Source: the human T2T-CHM13v2.0 reference genome, Homo sapiens
NCBI RefSeq assembly: GCF_009914755.1
Contig: NC_060947.1
Strand: one strand, 5' to 3'
DNA: 64,000 bases
The first letter of the stretch is position 1; each line of letters starts with the position of its first letter. Below the pieces are notes generated by a model that was given only the letters and a program-made list of their open reading frames with translations, had not been told where the DNA came from and did no database searches. Of the stretch, positions 53,701-64,000 are shown piece after piece. Position numbers and translations under genes: made by a program.

Positions 53701-55234
53701 TCAGAAACTTCTTTGAGATTTGGGCATTCAACTCACAGAGTTGAACCTTTGTATTGATAGACCAGTTTTGAAATACTCTTTTTGTAGAATCTGCAAGTGG
53801 ATATTTGGAGCACTTTCAGGCCTATTGTGGAAAAGGAAATATCTTCATATAAAAACCAGACAGAAGCATTCTCAGAAACTTCTTTGTGATGAGGGCATTC
53901 AACTCAGAGAGTTGAACCTTTCTTTTGATAGAGAAGTTTTGAAACACTCTTTTTGTTGAATCTGCAAGTCTATATTTGGAGTGGTTTTAGGCCTACATTG
54001 GAGAAGGAAATATCTTCACATAAAAAGTAAACCGAAGCATACTCAGAAACTTCTTTGTGATGTGCGCATTCAACTCACAGACTTGAACCATTATTTTGAT
54101 AGAGCAGTTTTGGAACTCTCTATTTGTAGAATCTGCAAGTGGATATCTAGAGCGCTTTGAGGCCTACGGTGGAAAAGAAAATATCTTCACATAAAAACTA
54201 GAGAGAAGCATTCTCTGAAACTACTTTGTGATGTGTGCATTCATCTCACAGACTTGAAATTTTCTTTTGATTGAGCAGTTTTGAAACATTCTTTCTGTAG
54301 GATCTGGAAGGGGATATTTTGTTCCCTTGGAGTCCTATGTTGGAAAAGGAAATATCTTCACATAAAAACTAGACAGAGGTATTCTCGGTAACGTCTTTGT
54401 GATGTGTGCATTCAACTCACATTGTTGAAACTTTCTTTTGATAGAGCAGTTTTGAAACACTCTTTTTGTAGAATCTGCAAGGGGATATTTGTAGTGCATT
54501 GAGGCCTATGGTGGAAAAGGAAGTATCTTCACATAAAAACTAGACAGAAGCATTCTAAGAGACTTCTTTGTGATGTGTGCATTCAAATCACAGTGTTGAA
54601 AATTTCTTTTGATAGAACAGTTTTGAAACACTCTTTTCGTAGAATCTGCAAGTGGATATTTGGAGCTCCTTTAGTCCTATGTTGGAAAAGGAAATATCTT
54701 CACATAAAAACTAGACAGATGCATTCTCCAAATTTTTTTGTGATGTGTGAATTAAACTCACATTGTTAAACCTTTCCCTTGATAGAGCAGTATTGAAGCA
54801 CTCTTTTTGTAGAATCTTCAAGGGGATATTTTCTTCCCTTTGAGGCCTATGTTGGAAAACGAAATATCTTCACATAAAAACTAGACAGAAGCATTCTCCG
54901 AAACTTCTTTATGATGTGTGCCTTCAACTCACAGTCTTAAACCTTTCTTTTGATAGAGCATTTTTCAAGCACTCTTCGTGTAGAATCTGCCAGTGGATAT
55001 TTGGAGCGCTTTGAAGCCTGTGGTGGAAAAGGAAATATCTTCACATAAAAACTGGAGAGAAGCATTCTCAGAAACTTCTTTGTGATGTGTGCATTCAACT
55101 CACAGTGTTGAAACTTTCTTTTGATAGATCAGTTTTGAAACACTCTTTTTGTGATATCTGAAAGTGGATATATGGAGCACTTCGAGGCCTATGGTGGAAA
55201 AGGAAATACCTTCATATAAAAACTAGACAGAAGC

Positions 55235-55585
55235 GATGGCCAGTGATGGTGAACATTTTTTCACGTGTTTTTTGGCTGCATAAATGTTTTCTTTTGAGAA
55301 GTGTCTGTTCATGTCCTTCACCCACTTTTTGATGGGGTTATTTGTTTTTTTTCTTGTAAATTTGTTTGTGTTCATTGTAGATTATGGATATTAGCCCTTT
55401 ATCAGATGAGTAGGTTGCAAAAATTGTCTCCCATTTTGCAGGTTGCCTGTTCACTCCGATGGTAGTTTCTTTTGCTGTGCAGAAGCTCTTTAGTTTAATT
55501 AGATCCCATTTGTCAATTTTGGCTTTTGTTGCCATTGTTTTTGGTGTTTTAGACATGAAGTCTTTGCCCATGCCTATGTCCTGAA
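55235..55585 (-). pseudogene. L1 ORF2p fragment (inverted segment)
   Basis: The ORF track 55338-55571 gives [11 protein letters not shown]…[19 protein letters not shown]…, a typical ORF2p C-terminal region. It is truncated and has no promoter. Confidence 0.9.
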
Positions 55586-56134
55586 AAAATGCTCACCATC
55601 ACTGGCCATCAGAGAAATGCAAATCAAAACCACAATGAGATATCATCTCACATCAGTTTGAATGGCAATCATTACAAAATCAGGAAACAACAGGTGCTGG
55701 AAAGGATGTGGAGAAATAAGAACACTTTTACACTGTTGGTGGGACTGTAAACTAGTTCAACCATTGTGGAAGTCAGTGTGGTGATTCCTCAGAGATCTAG
55801 AACTAGAAATACCATTTAACCCAGCCATCCCATTACTGGGTATATACCCAAAGAACTATAAATCATGCTGCTATAAAGACACATGCACACATATGTTTAT
55901 TGCGGCATTATTCACAATAGCAAAGACTTGGAACCAACCCAAATGTCCAACAATGATAGACTGGATGAAGAAAATGTGGCACATATACACCATGGAATAC
56001 TATGCAGCCATAAAAAATGATAGTTCATGTACTTTGTAGGGACATGGATGAAATTAGAAATCATCATTCTCAGTAAACTATCGCAAGAACAAAAAACTGA
56101 ACACCGCATATTCTCACTCATAGGTGGGATTTGA
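55582..56134 (+). pseudogene. L1 ORF2p C-terminal fragment incl. cysteine-rich motif, disrupted
   Basis: Reads CWKGCGEIRTLLHCWWDC near 55695-55748. The ORF2 stop (GGTGGGATTTGA) ends at 56134. There is a 1-bp deletion at AATGATAGTTC (~56020). Confidence 0.85.
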
Positions 56135-56334
56135 ACAATGAGAACACATGGACACAGGAAGGGGAACATCACACTCTGGGGACCGTTGTGGGGTGGGGGG
56201 AGGGGGGAGGGATAGCATTGGGAGATATACATAATGCTAGATGACGAGTTAGTGGGTGCAGCGCACCAGCATGGCACATGTATACATATGTAACTAACCT
56301 GCACATTGTGCACATGGACCCTAAAAAATAAAGT

Positions 56335-56372
56335 ATAATAATAATAAATAAATAAATAAATAAATAAATAAA
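56335..56372 (+). repeat. (TAAA)n microsatellite derived from the L1 poly(A) tail
   Basis: ATAATAATAATAAATAAATAAATAAATAAATAAATAAA. Confidence 0.9.
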
Positions 56373-57100
56373 CCAGGCAGAAGCATTCTCAGAAATTTCT
56401 TTGTGATGTGTGCATTCAACTCACAGAGTTGAAACTTTCTTTTGATAGAGCAGTTTTGAAAAACTCATTTGTAGAATCTGCAAATGGATATTTGGAGCAC
56501 TTTGAGGCCTATGTTGGAAAAGGTAATGTCTTCACTTAAAAACTAGACAGAAGTGGTCTCAGAAACTTCTATGGGATGTGTGCACTCAACTCACAGTGTT
56601 GAACCTTTCTCTTGAAGCAGCAGTTTTGAAACTCTCTTTTTGTAGAATCTGCAGGTGGATATTTTGTTCCGTTTGAGGCCTATGATGGAAAACGAAATAT
56701 CTTCACATAAAAACTAGACAGAAGCATTCTCAGAAACTTCTTTGTGATGTGTGCATTCAACTCACAGAGTTGAACCTTTCTATTGGTAGAGCAGTTTTGA
56801 AACACTGCTTTTGTAGAATCTGCAGGTGGATGTTTAGAGCGCTTTGAGGCCTATGGTGGAAAAGGAAATATCTTCACATAAAAACTAGACAGAAGCATTC
56901 TCCAAAACTTCTTTGTGCTGTGTGCATTCAACTCACAGTGTTGAACGTTTCTTTTGAGAGAGCAGTTTTGAAAAACTCTTTTTGTAGAATCTGCAAGTGT
57001 ATATTTGGAGCGCTTGGAGGACAATGTTGGAAAAGTAAATATCTTCACATAAAAACTAGACAGAAGCATTCTCTGAAACTTCTTTGTGATGTGTGCACTG

Positions 57101-60100
57101 AACTCACAGAGTTCAACTTTTCTTCTAATTGCACAGTTTGGAAACAGTGTTTTTGTGGTGTCAGTAAATGGATATTTGGACAGATTTGAGGCCTATGTTG
57201 GAAAAGGAAATATATTCAGATGAAAACTAGCCATAAGCTTTCTGAGAAACTTCTTTCTGATGTGTGCATTCATCTCACAGATTTGAAACTTTCTTTACAT
57301 TGGGCAGTTTTGAAACACTCTTTTTGTAGGATCTGAAAGTGGATATTTGGAGCACTGTGATGCCTATGGTGGAAAAGGAAATATCTTCACATAAAAACTA
57401 GACAGAAGCATTCTGAGAAACTTCTTTGTTATGTGTGAATTCACCTCACAGAGTTGAACCTAACTTTTGATGGAGCAGTTTTGAAACTCTCTTTTTGTAG
57501 AATCTGCAAGTGGATATTTGGAGTGCTTTGAGGTCTATGGTGGTAAAGGAAATATCTTTACATAAAAACTAGACACAGCCATTCTCAGAAACTTCTTTGT
57601 GCTGTTTGCATTCGTCTCACAGAGTTGAAAATTTCTTTTGATAGAGCAGTTTTGAAACACTCTTTTTGTAGAATCTGCAAGTGGATATTTGGCTCACCTT
57701 GAGGCCTATTGTGGAAAAGGATATATCTTAACATAAAAACTAGACATAGGCATTCTGAGAAACTTCGTTGTTTTGTGTGCATTCAAATAACAGAGTTGAA
57801 ACTTTCTTTTTATTCAGCTATTTTGAAACACTCTTTTTGTGGAATCTGCAAGTGGATATTTGCAGCGCTTTGTGGCCTCTAGAGGAAAATTAAATATCTT
57901 CACATAAAAACTAGACGGAAGCATTCTGAGAAACTTCTTTTTGATGTGTGCTTTCAATTCACAGAGTTGAGCCTTTCTTTTAATGGAGTAGTTTTGAAAC
58001 ACTCTTTTTGTAGAATCTGCATTTGGATACTTGGAGAGCTTGGAAGCCTATGGTGAAAAAGGAAATATCTTCACATAAAAACTACACAGAAGCATTCTTA
58101 GAAACTTCTTTGTGATATGTACATTCATCTCTCAGAGCTTAACATTTCTTTTGATTGAGCAGTTTTGCAACACTGTTTTTGGAGAGTCTGCAAGTGGACA
58201 TTTGGAGCACTTTGAGGCCTATTGTGAAAAAGGAAATATCTTCACATAAAAACTACACAGAAGCATTCTGAGAAACTTCCTTTTGATGTTTGCATGTAAC
58301 TCACACAGTTGAACCTTTCTTTTGATTACGCAGTTGGGAAACGGTGTTTTTGTGGTAAATGCAAATGGATATTTGGAGAGGTTTGAGTCCAATGGTGGAA
58401 AAGGAAATATCTTCACATAAAAACTAGACAGAAGCATTCTGAGAAACTTCTTTATGATGTGTGCATTCAACTCATGGAGATGAACCTTTCTTTTGATTGA
58501 TCACTTTTGAAACACTCTATTTGCAGAATCTGCAAGTGGATATTTGGAGCACTTTGAGGCCTACTGTGGAAAACGAAATATCTTCACATAAAATTACACA
58601 GAAGCATTCTGAGAAACTTCTTCGTGATGTGTGCATTTAACTCTCAGTGTTGAACCTTTCTTTTGCTTGCTCAGTTTGGAAACAGTGTTTTTGTTTCATC
58701 TGCAAATAGATATTTGGAGAGGTTTGAGGCCTATGCTGGGAAAAGAAATATCTTCAAATAAAAACTAGGTAGAAGCATTCTGAGAAACTTCTTTTTGATG
58801 TGTGCATTCATCTGACAGAGTTGAACCTTTCTTTTCATTGAGAAGTTTTGAAACACTCTTTTTGTAGAATCTGCAAGTAGGTGTTTGGAGCGCTTTGAAG
58901 CCTATGTTGGAAAAGGAAATATCTTCACATAAAAACTAGACAGAAGCATTCTCAGAAATTTCTTTGTGATGTGTGCATTCATCTCACAGAATTGAAACTT
59001 TCTTTTGATTGACCAGTTTGGAAACACTCTTTATGTAGCATCTGCAAGTGGCTATCTGGAGCTTTTTGAGGCCTATGTTGGAAAAGGAAATATCTTCACA
59101 TAAAAACTACACAGAAGCATTCTGAGAAACTTCTTTTTGTTGTGTTTATTCACCACAGAGAGTTGAACATTTCTTTTGATTGAACAGTTTTGAAACATAC
59201 TTTTTGTAGAATCTGCAAGTGGATATTTGAGCACTTTGAGGCCTATTCTGCAAGTGGATATTTGAGCACTTTGAGGCCTATTATGGAAGAGGAATTACCT
59301 TCAGTTTGGAAACACTCCTTTTGTAGAATCTACAAGTGGATATTTGGAGCTGTTTCAGGCCTATGGTGGTTAAAGAAGTATCTTCACATAAAACCTACAC
59401 AGAAGCATACTGAGAAAGTGCTTTGCGATGTGTGCGTTCATCTCACAGTGTTGAACCTTTCTTTTTATTGAGCAGTTTTGAAAGACTCTTTTTGTAGTAT
59501 CTGCAAGTGGATATTTGCAGTGCTTTGAGGCCTATTGTGTTAAAGAAAATGTCTTCACATAAAAAGTACACAGAAGTATTCTGAGAAACTTCTTTGTGAT
59601 GACTGCATTCATCTCACGGAGTTGAACCTATCTTTTGATTCAGCAGTTTTGCAACACTCTTTTTGTAAATTCTGCCATTGGATATTTGAAGCGCTTTGGG
59701 ACCTATTGTGGGAAAGGAATTATCTTCAGATAAAAATTGAACAGAAGTATTCTGAGGAACTTCTTTGCGATGTGTGCATTCATCTCACAGAGTTGAACCT
59801 TTCATTTGATTGAGCATTTGGAAACACTCTTTTTTGTAGAATCTGCAAGAGGATATTTGGATTGATTTGAGGCCTATGGTGGAAAAGGAAATATCTTCAC
59901 ATAAAAACTACTCAGAAGCATTGTTAGAAAATTCTTTGTGATGTGTACACTCAACTCACAGAGTTGAACCTTTCTTTTGATTGAGAAGTTTTGAAACTCT
60001 TTTTGAAGAATCTGTAAGTGGATATTTGCAGCCCTTTGCGGCTATTGGTGGAAAAGCAAATATCTTCACGTAAAAATGGCACAGAAGCATTCTGAGAAAC

Positions 60101-63100
60101 TTTTCTATGATGTGTGCTTTCATCTCACAGAGTTGAAACTTTCTTTTGATTGAGCAGTTTTGAAACACTCTTTTTGTAGAATCCACATGTGGATATTTGG
60201 AGTGCTTTGAGGCCTATTGTGGAAAAGGAAATATCTTCACATAAAAACTACACAGAAGCATTCTGAGAAACTTCTTTGTGATGTGTGCATTCATCTCACA
60301 GAGTTGAACATTTCTTCTGATTGAGCCATTAGGAAACACTCTTTCTGTATAATTTGCAAGTGTATATTTGGAACACTTTGTGGCCAATGGTAGAAAAGGA
60401 AATATCTTCACATAAAAATTACACAGAAGCATTCTGAGAAACTTCTTTGGGATGTGTGCATTCATCTCACAGAGCTGAACTTTCTTTTTCTTGAACAGAT
60501 TTGAAACGCTCTTTTTGTACAATCTGCAGCTGGATATTTGGAGCACTTTGAGGCCTCTTCTGGAAAAGGAAATATCTTCACATAAAAACTACACGGAAGC
60601 TTTCTGAGTAACTGCTTTGTGATGTGTACATTCATCTCACAGAGTTGAACCTTTCTTTTGATTGAGCAATTCAGAAACACTCTTTTTGTAGAATCTGCAG
60701 ATGGATATTTGGAGTGCTTTGAGGCCTATATTGGAAAAGGAAAAACTACACAGAAGCTGTCTGAGAAACTTCTTTGTGATGTGTGCATTCAACTCATAAA
60801 TTTGAACCGTTCTTTTGATTGAGCAGTTTGGGAACAGTCGTTTTGTAGTATCTGCAAATGGATATTTGGAGAGTTTTGAATCCTATGGTGGAAAAGGAAA
60901 TATCTTGATATAAAAACTAGACTGAAGCATTCTGAGAAACTTCTTTGTGATGTATGCATTAAACTCACAAAGATGAACCTCTGTTTTGATTGGACAATTT
61001 TTTTTTAAATTTTATTTATTTTTAAACACTCTTTTTGTAGAATCTGCAAGTGGATGTTAGGAGTGCTTTGAGGCCTATAGTGCAAAAGGAAATATCTTCA
61101 CATAAAAACCAGACAGAAGCATTGGGAGAAACTTCTTTGTGATGTGTGCGTTCATCTCACAGAGTTGAAACTTTCTTTTGATTGAGCAGTTTTGAAAAAA
61201 ACCAGTTGTAGAATCTGCAAGTGGATATTAGGTGGGATTTGAGGTCTATGGTGGAAAAGGAAATATCCTAAAATAAAAACCAGACAGAAGCATTCTGAGA
61301 AACTTCTTTGTGATGTGTGCATTCTTCTCACAGAGTTGAACCTTTCTTTTGATTGAGCAGTTTTGAAACACTCTTTTTGTAGTATTTGCAAGTGGATATT
61401 TTGAGTGATTTGAGGCCTATGGTTTAAAAGGAAATATCTTCACATAAAAACTACACAGAAGCATTCTGAGAAACTACTTTGTGATGTCTGCATTCATCTC
61501 ACAGAGTTGATAATTTCTTTTCATTGAGCAGTTTTGAAACACTCTTTTTGTAGAATCTGCAAGTGGATATTTGGAGCTCATTGAGGCCAACTGAGGAAAA
61601 GGAAATATCTTCACATAAAAACTACACAGAAGCATTCTGAGAAACTTACTTGTGATGTGTGCATTCATCTCACAGTGTTGAAACTTTCTTTTGATTAAGC
61701 AGTTTTAAAATACTCTTTTTCTAGAATCTGCAAGTGGATATTTGGAGCGCGTTGAGGCCTATGGTGGAAAAGGAAATATCTTCATATAAAAACTACACAG
61801 AAGCATTCTGAGAAACTTCTTTGTGATGTCTGCTTTCAACTCACAGAGTTGAACCTTTCTTTTGATTGAACAGTTTGGAAAGAGTGTTTTTGTGGTATCT
61901 GCAAATGGATATTTGGAGAGGTTTGTGGTCTGTGGTAAAAAAGGAAATATCTTCACATAAAAACTACACGGAAGCATTCTGAGAAACTACTTTGTGATGT
62001 ACACATTGAATTCACAAAGTTGAACCTTTCTTTGGATTGAGCAGTCTTGAAACTCTCTTTTTGTGTAATCTGCAAGTGGATATTTGGAACACTTTGTGGC
62101 CTCTAGTGGAAAAGGAAATATCTTCACATAAAAAATACATAGGAGCATTCTGAAAAACTTCTTGGTGAAGTGTGCATTCATCTGACAAAGTTGAATCTTT
62201 CTTTTTATTGAGCAGTTTTGAAACACTCGTTTTGTAGAATCTTCCAATGGATATTGGGACCGCTTTGTGGACTGTGGTGAAAAAGGAAATATCTTCAAGT
62301 AAATACTACACAGAAGCATTCTGAGAAACTTTTTCATGATGTGTGCATTCAACTCACAGAGTTGAAACTTTTTTTTCATTGAGCAGTTTTGAAACAGTGT
62401 TTTTGCGGTACCTGCAAATGGATATTAGGAGAGGTTTCAGAAGTACGGTGGAAAAGGAAATATCTTCACATAAAAACAAGACAGAAGAATTCTGAATAAC
62501 TTCTTAGTGATGTATGGATTGAACTCACAGAGATGAACCTTTTTTTTGATTGAGCAGTTTTGAAACACTCTTTTTGTACAACCTGCAAGTGGATATTTGG
62601 AGCGCTTTGCGGCCTATGGTGCAAAAGGTAATATCTTCACATAAAAACTAGACAGAAGCATTCTGTGAGACTTCTTTGTAATGTGAGCTTTCATCTCACA
62701 GAGTTCAACTTTCTTTTGATTGATTAGTTTTGAAACTCTCTTTTTGTGGAATCTACAAGGGTATATTTGGAGCGCTTTGATGCCTCTGGTGGAAATGGAA
62801 ATATCTTCACATAAGAACTAGAAAGAAGCATTTTTGGAAACTTCTTTGTGATGTGTGCCTTCATCTCAGAGAGTTGAAACTTTCTTTTGATTGTACAGTT
62901 TTCAAACACTCTTTGTGTAATCTGCAAGTGGATATTAGGATCGCTTTGTGGCCTATAGTGCAAAAGGAAATATCTACTCATGAAAACTAGACAGAAGCAT
63001 TTTGAGAAACTTCTTTGTGATGTGCGCATTCGTCTCACAGAGGTGAAACTTTCTTTTCATTGAGCAGTTTGGAAACACACCTTTTGAAGAGTCTGCAAGT

Positions 63101-64000
63101 GGATATTTGGAGCGATTTGAGGCCTTCGGTGGAAAAGGAAATATCTTCAAATGAGTACTAAACAGAAGCATTCGGAGAAACTTCTTTGTGATGTGTGCAT
63201 TCATCCCACAGCCTTGAACCTTTCTTTTGATTCACCAGTTTTGTAAAACTCTTTCTGTAGAATCGGCAAGTAGATATTTCGAGCCCTTTGAGGCCTGCGG
63301 TGGAAAAGGAATTTTCTTCTCATAAATACTACATAGAAGGATTCTGAGAAACTTCTTTTTGATGTGTGCATTCATCTCACACAGTTTAAACTTTCTTTTG
63401 ATCGAGCAGTTTTGAAACGCTCTTTTTGTAGGATCTGCAAGTGGACATATGGAGCGCTTTGAGTACTGTGGTGGAAAAGGAAATATCTACACATCAAAAC
63501 TATACAGAAGCATTCTGAGAAACTTCTTTGTGATGTGTGCATTCAACTCACAAAGTTGAACCTTTCCTTTATTGAGCAGTTTTGAAACAGCCTTTTGTAC
63601 ATTCTGCAAGTGGATATTTGGAGCACTTTGCGGCCTCTAGCGGAAAAGGAAATATCTTCACATAAAAAATAGATAGAAGCATTCTGAGAAACTTCTTTGA
63701 GATGTGTGAATTCAGCTCACAGAGTAGAAAGTTTCCTTTGATTGAGCAGTTTTGAAACACTGGTTTTGTAGAATCTGCCAGTGGATATTTGGACGACTTT
63801 GAGGCCTGTGGTGGAAAAAGAAGTATCTTCAATTAAAAACTACACAGAAGCATTCTGAGAAACTTCTTTGTGATGAGTGCATTCAACTCACAGAGTTGAA
63901 ATTGTCTTTTTATTGAGCAATTTGGAAACAGTGTTTTTGTGGTACTTGCAAACGGATATTAGGAGAGGTTTCAGACCAACGGTGGAAAAGGAAATATCTT
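57101..64000 (+). repeat. A-type-only monomeric alpha-satellite layer (SF4/M1-like), right flank
   Basis: TCTGAGAAAC, ACTACACAG, TTTGATTGAGC and CATCTCACAG return. No intact CENP-B box is present. Confidence 0.7.
59212..59281 (+). repeat. Perfect 35-bp tandem duplication inside a monomer
   Basis: TCTGCAAGTGGATATTTGAGCACTTTGAGGCCTAT x2 (59212-59246, 59247-59281). Confidence 0.93.

Larger units (their letters stand above)
55235..56369 (+). mobile_element. 5'-truncated L1PA3-like element (~1.13 kb) with 5' inversion (twin priming)
   Basis: Inverted ORF2 segment at 55235-55585, then sense ORF2 C-terminus, 3'UTR with G-rich tract and A-rich tail at 55582-56369. Degenerate TSD AAACTAGACAGAAGC (55220-55234) / AAACCAGGCAGAAGC (56370-56384). 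Diagnostics are GATGACGAG, GAGAACACATGG, GGAACATCAC and CAAGAAC. Confidence 0.96.
40751..57100 (+). repeat. CENP-B-box-free block 2 with 'TTCCC'-variant monomers
   Basis: Same variant set as 25-36.9 kb. The last TTCC-type monomer is near 56670. Confidence 0.75.

Noticed and set aside
56179-56223. G-quadruplex-like G-rich tract
   Set aside because: Standard polypurine tract of the L1 3'UTR, already well described.
60731-60750. ~14-bp deletion between two A-runs (GGAAAAACTACAC)
   Set aside because: Ordinary slippage between short A-tracts with no wider structural significance.
63124-63140. CENP-B-box-like CTTCGGTGGAAAAGGAA in the right flank
   Set aside because: It lacks the essential CGGG and is within two substitutions of the A-box.

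Overview
The window is primate (human or great-ape type) centromeric/pericentromeric alpha satellite: about 365 head-to-tail ~171-bp monomers, all in one orientation, with no credible protein-coding gene. It is diverged (monomeric or degenerate higher-order repeat, HOR), not a homogeneous active HOR. It is layered. A-type-only SF4/M1-like monomers lie at both ends (1-~3.0 kb and ~57.1-64 kb). Two blocks have irregularly mixed A and CENP-B-box monomers (SF5/R1R2-like; ~6.1-24.7 kb and ~37.0-40.7 kb; 16 intact boxes found by eye). Blocks with a distinctive box-less 'TTCCCTTT...GTTGGAAAACGAAA' monomer lie at ~20.9-22.4, ~25-36.6 and ~41-56.7 kb. Three retro-insertions with target-site duplications (TSDs) interrupt the array: two 5'-truncated, twin-primed (inverted) L1PA2/L1PA3-like elements and one full-length AluYa-lineage element. 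Nested duplications of different ages are visible: a perfect 513-bp trimer, a 683-bp tetramer, a cascading 5/6/11-mer, and an old duplication with a ~14-17 kb offset. I found no new gene system; the interest is in array architecture (possible relic centromere layering and HOR birth). All alignments and counts were made by eye.
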